From positions 109,688-149,687 of the forward strand of contig NZ_CBCPJD010000009.1 in NCBI RefSeq assembly GCF_965118875.1: a stretch of 40,000 nucleotides of DNA, read 5' to 3'. The number at the start of each line of letters is the position of its first letter. Positions within the stretch are counted from its first letter, which is position 1. The stretch comes from Morganella psychrotolerans. GTDB taxonomy: Bacteria; Pseudomonadota; Gammaproteobacteria; Enterobacterales; Enterobacteriaceae. Of this stretch, positions 9,832 to 17,387 are shown piece after piece. The notes beneath the pieces are model-generated. The model saw only the letters and a program-made list of their open reading frames with translations. It ran no database searches and was not told where the DNA came from. A program made the position numbers and the translations under genes.

Positions 9832-10143
9832 TTAGCTCCCCACCTTATACCCGTTCACCAATACTGCCTTTGCCACTGCCTCAGGTGAGCCTTCCCACTT
9901 TGCTTCAAAGATGACTGTATTCAGCTCATACTGACTGAGGTCGTCGAGTGTCTTCGGTAGCTGGGCTGCCGGTAATTTATTCAGCAAAATGTCAGCAGAC
10001 TGGCTCACCGCCATTTTGATAATTTGCTCAGTGGTAAAATTCGTTTTCCGGTAACCGGCCGCCCAGACTGCATCCGTGATGTCAGACGGATCGTGACCGG
10101 CGGTTGTGATAATTTGCACCAGGTGCAGATCAGTCGTCTCCAT
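9832..10143 (-). CDS. Hypothetical early-left protein (103 aa)
   Basis: Tightly packed in the leftward operon, 2 nt from the next gene. No recognisable motif. Confidence 0.55.
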   Translation of the reverse strand: METTDLHLVQIITTAGHDPSDITDAVWAAGYRKTNFTTEQIIKMAVSQSADILLNKLPAAQLPKTLDDLSQYELNTVIFEAKWEGSPEAVAKAVLVNGYKVGS

Positions 10144-10384
10144 TTATCACCTTCCTGTTTTTCTGAACTTTCTTTTTCTTCTTCATTGCCGGCGTTAATT
10201 TTGGTGCAACGACCTGTGGTGCTGGTGGGCGGGGAAGATAGATCCCCGCTCTGATGTAATACCGCTGGCGCATGTCGTAAATAATCCGCTGGCTGTAATC
10301 ACGCCCATCGTCCACATGATGGATAGCTTTAATCAGCGGGTCGTCATACACACTGACTTCGTAGTCTTCTTCCTGCTGGCTCAT
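10130..10384 (-). CDS. Hypothetical early-left protein (84 aa)
   Basis: Overlaps both neighbours (14 nt and 4 nt), consistent with translational coupling. The C-terminus is Lys-rich. Confidence 0.5.
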   Translation of the reverse strand: MSQQEEDYEVSVYDDPLIKAIHHVDDGRDYSQRIIYDMRQRYYIRAGIYLPRPPAPQVVAPKLTPAMKKKKKVQKNRKVINGDD

Positions 10385-10602
10385 AATGACGCCTCCCTGC
10401 TGATAATTTTGTAAGCGCGGCGGATGTGATTCTGTTTGCCGTAAATCACCGTAGTCCTGAAAAATACACCTGCAGATGTTTCGTGTACCGGTGCATGGAG
10501 CAGGGCCGCATCAACCAGGCGGATCAGCTCCCGGCGTTCGGTGATGAAGGAATGGATCACCACCTTGGCTGTGTTGCCATCGGGAATAAATTCGATATTC
10601 AT
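10381..10602 (-). CDS. Hypothetical early-left protein (73 aa)
   Basis: 4-nt overlaps with both neighbours. No recognisable motif. Confidence 0.5.
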   Translation of the reverse strand: MNIEFIPDGNTAKVVIHSFITERRELIRLVDAALLHAPVHETSAGVFFRTTVIYGKQNHIRRAYKIISREASL

Positions 10603-11207
10603 TCATCCCCCATAACTTCGTCACGGGCAGTGCTGCATGAATCGAAATATCCCGGCTGAACTGCCATAGCAATTAACTGAGGGTCGCCGAATATTTCACT
10701 GGTCAGCGCTCCCATTGTGAATAGGACGGTTTTTCGATCTTCAGTACACATGACATCCACAACACTGGTGCCGAACATGAGATAAGGTAACGCCAGGTAT
10801 TTAGCGCTGACCGGCGGCATAGTTATTTCTACAAATTCACTTTTCAGGAAAAAATTCAGATCAGGGTATGGCACTGAAACAGTCGCCAGAACAGATCTTG
10901 CTGTCGGTATAAACTCTTCTTCCTCGGCTTCACGGTAATACACGGCGACATAGATACCATCATCAAGCACTTTGATATCCGCAAACTCAGCATCATCGGG
11001 CACTGGTTCATTAAATTGCACATTGATATCGTGGTAAAATTCAGCGTTATGCTTCATGCGTACCAGAGCGTGACCGTTGGTCGATTCGATAAATTCACTA
11101 TTAATGTGAACAGCCTTTGTCACCGGGCGCGGATCATCATTTGCGGAGATCAGAGTGAGTGCGGCACGCAGCAGGTCGGCATCAATGTATGGTAATTTTT
11201 CTTTCAT
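10599..11207 (-). CDS. Hypothetical early-left protein (202 aa)
   Basis: Long ORF packed in the operon. See the rejected note on its weak beta-clamp-like motif. Confidence 0.6.
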   Translation of the reverse strand: MKEKLPYIDADLLRAALTLISANDDPRPVTKAVHINSEFIESTNGHALVRMKHNAEFYHDINVQFNEPVPDDAEFADIKVLDDGIYVAVYYREAEEEEFIPTARSVLATVSVPYPDLNFFLKSEFVEITMPPVSAKYLALPYLMFGTSVVDVMCTEDRKTVLFTMGALTSEIFGDPQLIAMAVQPGYFDSCSTARDEVMGDE

Positions 11208-11209
11208 GG

Positions 11210-12043
11210 TTATTTTCCCTCTGGTGTATAAATGGCTTTGTCGTGGCTGTATTCACCGTTCCATGTCTTTTTCATGGGTAATTCACCTTTCATGTAGAGT
11301 TGAAATACCCGCTGACATCCTTTCTCCAGTAACACCGGGGTAAATTTGGCAAATTCATCCATGCCGTGCGGGGCAATCTGGGTTTCCTCTTCCGTCAAGT
11401 ACTTGTCACGCGCATACGATGCAACCCGCCATTTAGGGCTTTTGTCCTGGTCGCGGCGTGAGTTAAATACCCAACTGCGCCCGTAAGCCCACCACATAAC
11501 TTTGCTGACATTGACGCCGTTCAGCGATTTGCAGAATGCGGTAATGGTCATGCCTTTGCGGAAGTGCTTCTCAAGGTTTTCAACAGTGGTGTTGAGTTGT
11601 TTGTTTTCTATTGAAAACGCCTCAGCGCGGTCTTCCGCTTCAATCACCATGAGGGCTAATTGTTTACGGCTAACCTCTGCGGGAGCCGGACGGAAATAGG
11701 CATCTTCCATTTTTTCAAAGAATGACCACGCTTCGTCGCTATCAACGATTTTTGACATACGTGCCGCGCCTTTTTCTGTCCATAAAATCTGCTGACTTGT
11801 ATGTTTACTAACCACCCCAATGCTATTGGGTAGGTTCTTAAACTGACGCAACTCGTCACCTTCGAGTTTGAAATAGTGATCACCTTCAATAAACCGGGCT
11901 TTATGGTTGGCCAGATTCATCTGGATACTTTTGACATCTGAGCTATACCCTGCCGCCAATGTTTCGGTGGTGACGACCCGAGCACCTTTCCATTCAATGA
12001 CCGGAAGATCACTGGCATCAATAGTGAGTAATTTATTTTTCAT
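11210..12043 (-). CDS. Phage antirepressor-type protein (ORF6N N-terminal domain + KilAC/ANT C-terminal domain)
   Basis: 277 aa. The N-terminus (VVTTETLAAGYSSDVKSIQMNLANHKARFIEGDHYFKLEGDEL) fits the ORF6N/KilA-N-like pattern. The C-terminal part (TITAFCKSLNGVNVSKVMWWAYGRSWVF) fits KilAC. Confidence 0.7.
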   Translation of the reverse strand: MKNKLLTIDASDLPVIEWKGARVVTTETLAAGYSSDVKSIQMNLANHKARFIEGDHYFKLEGDELRQFKNLPNSIGVVSKHTSQQILWTEKGAARMSKIVDSDEAWSFFEKMEDAYFRPAPAEVSRKQLALMVIEAEDRAEAFSIENKQLNTTVENLEKHFRKGMTITAFCKSLNGVNVSKVMWWAYGRSWVFNSRRDQDKSPKWRVASYARDKYLTEEETQIAPHGMDEFAKFTPVLLEKGCQRVFQLYMKGELPMKKTWNGEYSHDKAIYTPEGK

Positions 12044-12053
12044 GAATCACCTC

Positions 12054-12539
12054 TTAGTGAGTTAAGTTGCCAGCGACTGGTGCTTTAAACAGTTGGAAAC
12101 CTGTAATAAATACGTTATCGATGAAGTTCTGCATCCACTTCTCGCCAGTGTCTTTTTCATGCTGTTCATTCCCGATATAAAACCGCCAGACCGCTAATTC
12201 CCCCTCGTTTTGGCGCTCTTCTAAAATTGGCTTTTCAATTTGATGTTTAAGAAGTGTTTCGATAACTTCATCATCAACAGCCGCGATAGTTTCGTCGTGG
12301 CGGAATGCGTAGGTGCTGTTCACGCCCGGCCCGAACCGATAAAAACAGGACAGTAGATATTCACCGACAATAATTTTTCTGAAGTTTTTAATTAAGTGCT
12401 TCACATACTCTAATTTTTCATCTTCAGTTAATGGCGGATAATTAGTCTTGAGGCGTTCCGTATCTAACAGAAACGACGGTGCGCCTGTATTTTTTAAAAA
12501 TTCAACAATTTCTTCTGGTGTCATTTCTTTATCGTTCAT
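12054..12539 (-). CDS. Hypothetical early-left protein (161 aa), AT-rich
   Basis: Long ORF in operon context. No recognisable motif. Confidence 0.55.
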   Translation of the reverse strand: MNDKEMTPEEIVEFLKNTGAPSFLLDTERLKTNYPPLTEDEKLEYVKHLIKNFRKIIVGEYLLSCFYRFGPGVNSTYAFRHDETIAAVDDEVIETLLKHQIEKPILEERQNEGELAVWRFYIGNEQHEKDTGEKWMQNFIDNVFITGFQLFKAPVAGNLTH

Positions 12540-12581
12540 TACATACCCTCCGAGATTCTAATTTTTTATTTAACCAAGCAA

Positions 12582-12923
12582 CTATTTATTACCAGCGCCT
12601 TTGTGGTGAATCTGCTCAGCAATTAATTCCGTGATAAAGCTGATAAACATCTCCCCGTCCGGTGTGATGTTTCCGTTTTTGTTGTAATAGTCGGCGTAAG
12701 AGTTAATTATTTGCTGCTCTGTATAACCGGCATCCTTACATGCTTTATTTTCATAAAGGGTTATCAGTGCCTGTGTGAATATTTCATTGTCTAAATCAAT
12801 CTGATATTTCACGCCATCAACAGAGCGTTTAAACGATGCTGACTTGCCTTTCTTTTTTAAATGGTCAAAGAAAGCGTTAATGAATGTTTTTCGGCGGTTA
12901 TATAAAAGGTTGTTATTTTCCAT
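12582..12923 (-). CDS. Hypothetical early-left protein (113 aa), AT-rich
   Basis: ORF in operon context. No recognisable motif. Confidence 0.5.
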   Translation of the reverse strand: MENNNLLYNRRKTFINAFFDHLKKKGKSASFKRSVDGVKYQIDLDNEIFTQALITLYENKACKDAGYTEQQIINSYADYYNKNGNITPDGEMFISFITELIAEQIHHKGAGNK

Positions 12924-12996
12924 AATACTATTCCTGAAATTCAGATGTGGAATTCCCCAGCGCAGGCGCTGTAATTTAAATTAACTCAATGTTTTG

Positions 12997-13395
12997 TTAT
13001 TTATGTTGTGCAGCAATAAGTTCTTTTAATATCGATTGTGATTTTGCATTTGCTGCCTGATATTCTTTTTCCAGCCTGGCTATTTCCTTCTCTTGTCTCA
13101 GGCTATCAAGTAAGCCTATGTAGACACCTTCTTTTACCGCCATGAACTGATCTGTTGGCTTACCACGGCGTGGCATCATTTCACCATATCCGTTATCGAC
13201 CATTACATCCGGTTCATTGGTAGGGCGGTCGTCCTTCCGGAATTCACGTTGTGTAATGAGTGACGCCAGCTTGTTCAGTGCTGCCCGTTCGGTCAGGCGG
13301 GCGCATGGTGCACCATTGATGATATACACAGGGCGCATTTCGATAGTGATTTCACCCTTTGATGCTTTTTCGATTGCTTCAAATTTATTAGTCAT
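12997..13395 (-). CDS. Hypothetical early-left protein (132 aa)
   Basis: ORF in operon context. The C-terminus looks coiled-coil (EKEIARLEKEYQAANAKSQSILKELI). Confidence 0.55.
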   Translation of the reverse strand: MTNKFEAIEKASKGEITIEMRPVYIINGAPCARLTERAALNKLASLITQREFRKDDRPTNEPDVMVDNGYGEMMPRRGKPTDQFMAVKEGVYIGLLDSLRQEKEIARLEKEYQAANAKSQSILKELIAAQHK

Positions 13396-13882
13396 GATTG
13401 TTTCCTGCTATTATTTCCAGTTGGTCTAATGAACCACTTAACTTAGATGTCACTAAATCAAGCTGTGCGAATATTATTTCTTTTTCAGGTTCATTTTCAT
13501 ACAGGTCACTTTTAAGTTGCTGTAGTGACAGCTTAGCGTTATTAATGTCGCCAATAACACTGTTAAGTTTATTTGGCTGCTCCTCCGGCTTTTGATTGTG
13601 ATGGGGTGATAAACGGTTTTTACAATCAAGGTCATTAACCTGCTCAGTCAGCGTTCTGGCAATCAAAGCTATTTGCTTTATCATCAGACCGATGTTTGCG
13701 TTATCATCGCGAAAGTCTGAGTAATCGTCATTAGCTGAAACCCAAAACATGATATTACCTAATGAAGCAATTCCGGATAATATAGAATCAACAGTGAACT
13801 CCATGTTATTCATCGCTTTTTGAATTTCTATTGAATTAAGTCCTGAGAAATCCAAGTGAGAAATAACGTTTTGAATATCCAT
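13388..13882 (-). CDS. Hypothetical early-left protein (164 aa), AT-rich
   Basis: 8-nt overlap with the downstream gene. Helical, Asn/Asp-rich sequence. Confidence 0.55.
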   Translation of the reverse strand: MDIQNVISHLDFSGLNSIEIQKAMNNMEFTVDSILSGIASLGNIMFWVSANDDYSDFRDDNANIGLMIKQIALIARTLTEQVNDLDCKNRLSPHHNQKPEEQPNKLNSVIGDINNAKLSLQQLKSDLYENEPEKEIIFAQLDLVTSKLSGSLDQLEIIAGNNHD

Positions 13883-13884
13883 AA

Positions 13885-14280
13885 TTAGCCCCTTGCAGCA
13901 ATATGTTTGCAGATTGATTCCATGTTTATTTTTACGGATGCAATTAATTCAATTAAGGTTGTGCTGTTTATTTTTAATGAATTGCTTTCAAATGACACAT
14001 TTATGTTTTCAATAGCAGTCAGGGTGCCTAGTACTGAGTTAAGCGATGACTCCAAATTCATTCCGTAAAATACATCGGTATCTTCATTGCTGGCTGATGC
14101 CTTTTCCGTATTGATGCTGGCAATTTTTTTAAGAGCGCGGTCTATTTGTTCGACTACGCCCTCGACTGTATTGCATGCGTGTGTATCAAATGGAACATCA
14201 TTATTAATAATTAAAGATAAAGTTGATTTTGCGTAAGTTAAATCATCACAGGCTGCTTCTTTTAATTGGGTATTATTCAT
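13885..14280 (-). CDS. Hypothetical early-left protein (131 aa), AT-rich
   Basis: ORF 13885..14298. ATG 14280 is preferred because GAGGTG lies 8 nt upstream and the start overlaps the previous stop (ATGAATAA). Confidence 0.5.
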   Translation of the reverse strand: MNNTQLKEAACDDLTYAKSTLSLIINNDVPFDTHACNTVEGVVEQIDRALKKIASINTEKASASNEDTDVFYGMNLESSLNSVLGTLTAIENINVSFESNSLKINSTTLIELIASVKINMESICKHIAARG

Positions 14281-14446
14281 TTTCAAGCACCTCATCAATT
14301 TCTGCTTCTGCCTGGCAAAGTAATTCTAATGATAACCGGCGTTCTTCTTTATCGCGTGTCAGGTATTGCGCTGCTACCGTAAATGCTTTCACTCTGGTTA
14401 ATACATCAACAAGCTTTGTACGGTCGATAATTGCGTTCTGTGACAT
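14273..14446 (-). CDS. Hypothetical small early-left protein (57 aa)
   Basis: The internal ATG 14446 of ORF 14273..14563 lies 1 nt after the stop of the upstream gene (TGAcATG). The longer ORF would overlap that gene. Confidence 0.45.
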   Translation of the reverse strand: MSQNAIIDRTKLVDVLTRVKAFTVAAQYLTRDKEERRLSLELLCQAEAEIDEVLENE

Positions 14447-14447
14447 G

Positions 14448-14675
14448 TCACACCGCCTTAACCGGAATCTGTGTCGCCAGCGATAGAATGTAATCGCGAA
14501 TGAGCTGTAATTTTGCAGACCGTAAATCTGCCGCTCGTACTTCTTTGCATTCAGGCTTTGCATTTTGGTCTATACGTTTGATAGCAAAGAACCGAAAAAT
14601 GAACATCTCATTAACCGCTGTATAGTTGTCAGGTTTCGGTACATCATAATTTGGCATACAATGTATATTCGGCAT
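14448..14675 (-). CDS. First gene of the pL operon, hypothetical (75 aa)
   Basis: GAGGG lies 8 nt upstream of the ATG. The gene starts about 25 nt downstream of the predicted pL transcription start. Confidence 0.5.
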   Translation of the reverse strand: MPNIHCMPNYDVPKPDNYTAVNEMFIFRFFAIKRIDQNAKPECKEVRAADLRSAKLQLIRDYILSLATQIPVKAV

Positions 14676-14707
14676 TCTTTAAACCCTCACTTTGTGTTCG
14701 TAAGCTG

Positions 14708-14749
14708 ATTTAAAACTAAAGTTGTATTTATGTCAACAACTAAAGTTGT
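14708..14749 (-). promoter_or_regulatory. pL-like promoter with two 14-bp operators
   Basis: Minus strand reads TTGACA (14736-14731), a 17-nt spacer, then TTAAAT (14713-14708). Operators are ACAAC-TAAA-GTTGT (14736-14749, abutting the -35) and AAAAC-TAAA-GTTGT (14712-14725, filling the spacer). Their centres are 24 bp apart. Confidence 0.65.
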
Positions 14750-14864
14750 TTGATGTCAGAATCGTATACTTTTATTTAGTTAATTGGTTGTTTTTTATTG
14801 CGTGTTTTTTAAAAAAAAATCGGCAGGATTGGACACAGATCACACAGGCGGGGGAATTGTAGGC

Positions 14865-14890
14865 ACAAAAAAGCCCTCGCGGGGAGGGCT
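14865..14890 (-). terminator. Rho-independent terminator of the cI-rex operon
   Basis: Stem agccctc / gagggct (14872-14878 / 14884-14890). On the minus strand it is followed by TTTTTTGTG (A-run 14865-14871 on plus). It lies 10 nt past the rexB stop. Confidence 0.8.
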
Positions 14891-14899
14891 GAGAGATGG

Positions 14900-15328
14900 C
14901 TATTTTTTGTTTGCTAAATTAATCAACTGAATTGTTAAAAGGCATAAGTGTAAAAATGACGTAGTGGATATAATCAACGCCACTGAAGGCAAAAAAACTA
15001 TATCTAAGTTTGAAATCAATAGGATGCCAATAAAAAATAGAATTCCTAATTCAACAAAAATCAGTGCATACAGAGTTATAATAGATAGCATATACCCATA
15101 TCTCTGCATTTTTGCAAAATTGTTGTTTTTTATTCCGAGCATAAATGTTAATGCAGCTATCAGAACCGCAATCAGGGTACCGGAATATGAACTCATTGTT
15201 GCGCCAAGTGCTTCTCTATGAAGAGAAAAAGAAAGTTCAGGTGCGATCCAGTTGTGTGCAAAAATGGTTATTAAGTAAGGAGTGGCAAATAGAATAATAG
15301 CCGAAAAAATTTTGTATAAAGAGTCCAT
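14900..15328 (-). CDS. rexB: RexB-like four-TM membrane protein
   Basis: 142 aa with four hydrophobic segments. Blocks LGATMSSYSGTLIAVLIAALTF and YALIFVELGILFF match my recollection of lambda RexB (144 aa). Strong SD AAGGAGG. It lies directly downstream of the rexA-like gene. Confidence 0.75.
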   Translation of the reverse strand: MDSLYKIFSAIILFATPYLITIFAHNWIAPELSFSLHREALGATMSSYSGTLIAVLIAALTFMLGIKNNNFAKMQRYGYMLSIITLYALIFVELGILFFIGILLISNLDIVFLPSVALIISTTSFLHLCLLTIQLINLANKK

Positions 15329-15358
15329 TCCCCCTCCTTTTTGTCATATTCATCTGAG

Positions 15359-16201
15359 TTAAGAAAGTTCTTCTTTTATTTCTTTGTAACTTTCGATTAT
15401 AACAGGTTTCATGCGGATAAAGGCAGTGTATATCTCATTTGCGATTTCTGCATTAGAAGATTTTTTAGGTAAATTACACCCAACGTGTCCCTTACCATCT
15501 AGATAGTATTCGGTTAATACATCAGCGGCATTTTCTCTTGCCTTTATGTTTATTTGGTCAATAGAGTCATAGGTGCTGCTTATTATTTCCTTAGATATCC
15601 CTTTGATATCCTTTCTCATTTTTGGCTTTAATGTTATTTCAATTGAATTCAATAGTTCATCAGATGCACTGCTAACACCCAAGGTGCGAAGTAGTGTTTT
15701 TATCATGGTTTTATCGGATTCTATTCTCAGTGTTGTTCTTCCGATGAATGTCATATTGAGGGCATCAGCCTTTGTCACTCCTTTCATCAAAGGCTCGACG
15801 ATTAGGCTTTCTGATTCTGAAAGCAACTTTTTACCTTTAACGAAGTCAGGTAATTCCCTGATTTTTGGCCCCAGAAACGAAGAGGCAAAACCAATTACAC
15901 CGTCATCAATAAAAACAAACGATGGGAATCCTAGTAACTCATCGTCAGCCAAGCTGTCGCGGATATCTTTTACTGAGTTGTTTGTTTTATTAATTTTATT
16001 TATTAAATCAGAATCATTCGTTTTTGTGAATAAAAATGATTTAATATCAATGCGATGCATATAGGTGTAGTAATCTTCGCATTGAAATGAGTGGCTAGCT
16101 TTAGAAATGACTAGATCTTCAAATAGCTTGTCAAGATTGACTTTCCTCTTCGCCTTCGTTTTGTCGTCTTGCGCATAGTAAGCCCAAAAACTAACTTTCA
16201 T
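15359..16201 (-). CDS. rexA: RexA-like protein
   Basis: 280 aa counted from ATG 16201 (SD AAGGGA 5 nt upstream). Blocks FLFTKTND, SLADDELLGFPSF, FIGRTT, LTEYYLDGKGH, NAEIANE match my recollection of lambda RexA (279 aa). It is in the cI operon. Confidence 0.75.
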   Translation of the reverse strand: MKVSFWAYYAQDDKTKAKRKVNLDKLFEDLVISKASHSFQCEDYYTYMHRIDIKSFLFTKTNDSDLINKINKTNNSVKDIRDSLADDELLGFPSFVFIDDGVIGFASSFLGPKIRELPDFVKGKKLLSESESLIVEPLMKGVTKADALNMTFIGRTTLRIESDKTMIKTLLRTLGVSSASDELLNSIEITLKPKMRKDIKGISKEIISSTYDSIDQINIKARENAADVLTEYYLDGKGHVGCNLPKKSSNAEIANEIYTAFIRMKPVIIESYKEIKEELS

Positions 16202-16292
16202 AACCATCCCTTTTAAAATAGTAGAGTATTGTTTAGTATCTATTTCTCTGGCATTGTTAAGTTATCAAATTGATATTATTATTTTTTTACCA

Positions 16293-16312
16293 CACCCTAA
16301 AACGTGTCGTCA
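16293..16312 (-). repeat. Distal copy of the 20-bp direct repeat flanking orf96
   Basis: caccctaaaacgtgtcgtca is 19/20 identical to 16606-16625. On the coding strand it begins with TGA, which is the stop codon of orf96. Confidence 0.85.
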
Positions 16313-16600
16313 CTGTTCTGAAATCATGACCATAAACACTCCGGCATCAAGTGGGTCAGCATCAATAGAAAGATTTTCAGACTCCCAATACATCCCGGAA
16401 TCTTCCTCATCTGAAGCCCATTCCTCTGCGTCAGGGTGTATCTCCATTACTATTTCAGGCTTAAGTTTTTCGGCTAAATTTTTTATTTTACCATAATAAT
16501 CAAATAGATACATTTTATGGCGTTCGCCGAACTCAATTTGTAGAGGAAATAAGCGTTCCTGAATAAAGTTTCTTAAGTCATCTCTTGATTTGAAGTTCAT
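16310..16600 (-). CDS. Small strongly acidic protein between cI and rexA (96 aa)
   Basis: ATG 16600 is preceded by AGGGTGAAACC, an SD provided by the proximal repeat. By my count it has 22 Asp/Glu against 10 Lys/Arg. The C-terminal half reads DAEEWASDEEDSGMYWESENLSIDADPLDAG. Confidence 0.6.
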   Translation of the reverse strand: MNFKSRDDLRNFIQERLFPLQIEFGERHKMYLFDYYGKIKNLAEKLKPEIVMEIHPDAEEWASDEEDSGMYWESENLSIDADPLDAGVFMVMISEQ

Positions 16601-16605
16601 GGTTT

Positions 16606-16625
16606 CACCCTAAAGCGTGTCGTCA
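16606..16625 (-). repeat. Proximal copy of the 20-bp direct repeat flanking orf96
   Basis: caccctaaagcgtgtcgtca lies 5 nt after the cI stop and 5 nt before the orf96 ATG (coding-strand order). It is 313 bp from the other copy. Confidence 0.85.
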
Positions 16626-16630
16626 GGCTG

Positions 16631-17338
16631 TCAGCCGTGGAACTTATACTTGATGGACTGACTAACCAGCACCTTAGCCCGAATAGACACACCCTCAATA
16701 CTGGATTCATCAAGGTGCCATGTCTCATATCGCGGATTATCTGATATCACGGCGAGGCGCTTGTACTGCATTTGCAGCCGCTTTATATAAATCTGGTTGT
16801 CCAGCACGAAAACGTAAATCCCGTCACCATCAAAATGATCTACGGTTACATCAACGAATATCTGATCCCGTGGCTCGAACGTCTCAGCCATTGAGTCGCC
16901 ACGAACAGTTATCATCTTGATTGTTTCTGCTGGTCTGCCGCCAAAAAGCCGCTTCGCTTCCTCTGCTGAATACTCAATAGCCGTAATGGTTTCAATGAAA
17001 TCATCCTGAACCATCACACCCGGCCCCGCGCTTGCTTCAACATCGAGTATTTCGACTTTGTAAGTCTTTATAACAGCAGGAATTGTCAGTTCAGCCTTAA
17101 CTGAATAGGTATCGCCGGCCGGAAGTAACGGGTTATCACCATCGCCGTATGCCAGCCATTCTGCAGGTACAGACAGTGCCCCGGCTATCTCAATCAGCTT
17201 TGTTGATGTCTGAGCGCTTCCGGATTCAATTTTCTGGATTGCAGCCTGTGATACGCCAATAGCATCCCCAAGCTCTTTCTGAGAGAGATTAGCGTGCTTC
17301 CTGGCGAGTTTTAATCGTTGTGCAAGTGTCGTTTTCAT
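16631..17338 (-). CDS. cI: CI-type repressor (XRE HTH + S24 LexA-like autopeptidase)
   Basis: The HTH is LSQKELGDAIGVSQAAIQKIESG. The S24 catalytic Ser is in VRGDSM and the Lys in IYIKRL. A candidate Ala-Gly cleavage site is in EASAGPG. ATG 17338 is preferred over the upstream TTG at 17353. Confidence 0.88.
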   Translation of the reverse strand: MKTTLAQRLKLARKHANLSQKELGDAIGVSQAAIQKIESGSAQTSTKLIEIAGALSVPAEWLAYGDGDNPLLPAGDTYSVKAELTIPAVIKTYKVEILDVEASAGPGVMVQDDFIETITAIEYSAEEAKRLFGGRPAETIKMITVRGDSMAETFEPRDQIFVDVTVDHFDGDGIYVFVLDNQIYIKRLQMQYKRLAVISDNPRYETWHLDESSIEGVSIRAKVLVSQSIKYKFHG

Positions 17339-17344
17339 AATCGA

Positions 17345-17373
17345 AATATACAACTTCGGTTGTTTTTAGGCAA
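17345..17373 (-). promoter_or_regulatory. pRM-like promoter with operator; probably gives a leaderless cI mRNA
   Basis: Minus strand reads TTGCCT (17373-17368), a 17-nt spacer, then TATATT (17350-17345). The cI ATG is 6 nt after the -10. The perfect palindrome ACAAC-TTCG-GTTGT (17350-17363) fills the spacer. Confidence 0.55.
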
Positions 17374-17387
17374 TCGGATTTTGGTTG

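Noticed and set aside
10599-11207. Possible sliding-clamp (DnaN-like) relationship of the 202-aa early protein, based on ESTNGHALV resembling the ATDGHRLA motif
   Set aside because: This is a single short motif resemblance. The length is about half of one clamp protomer, and I cannot verify domain structure by eye. It is left as hypothetical.
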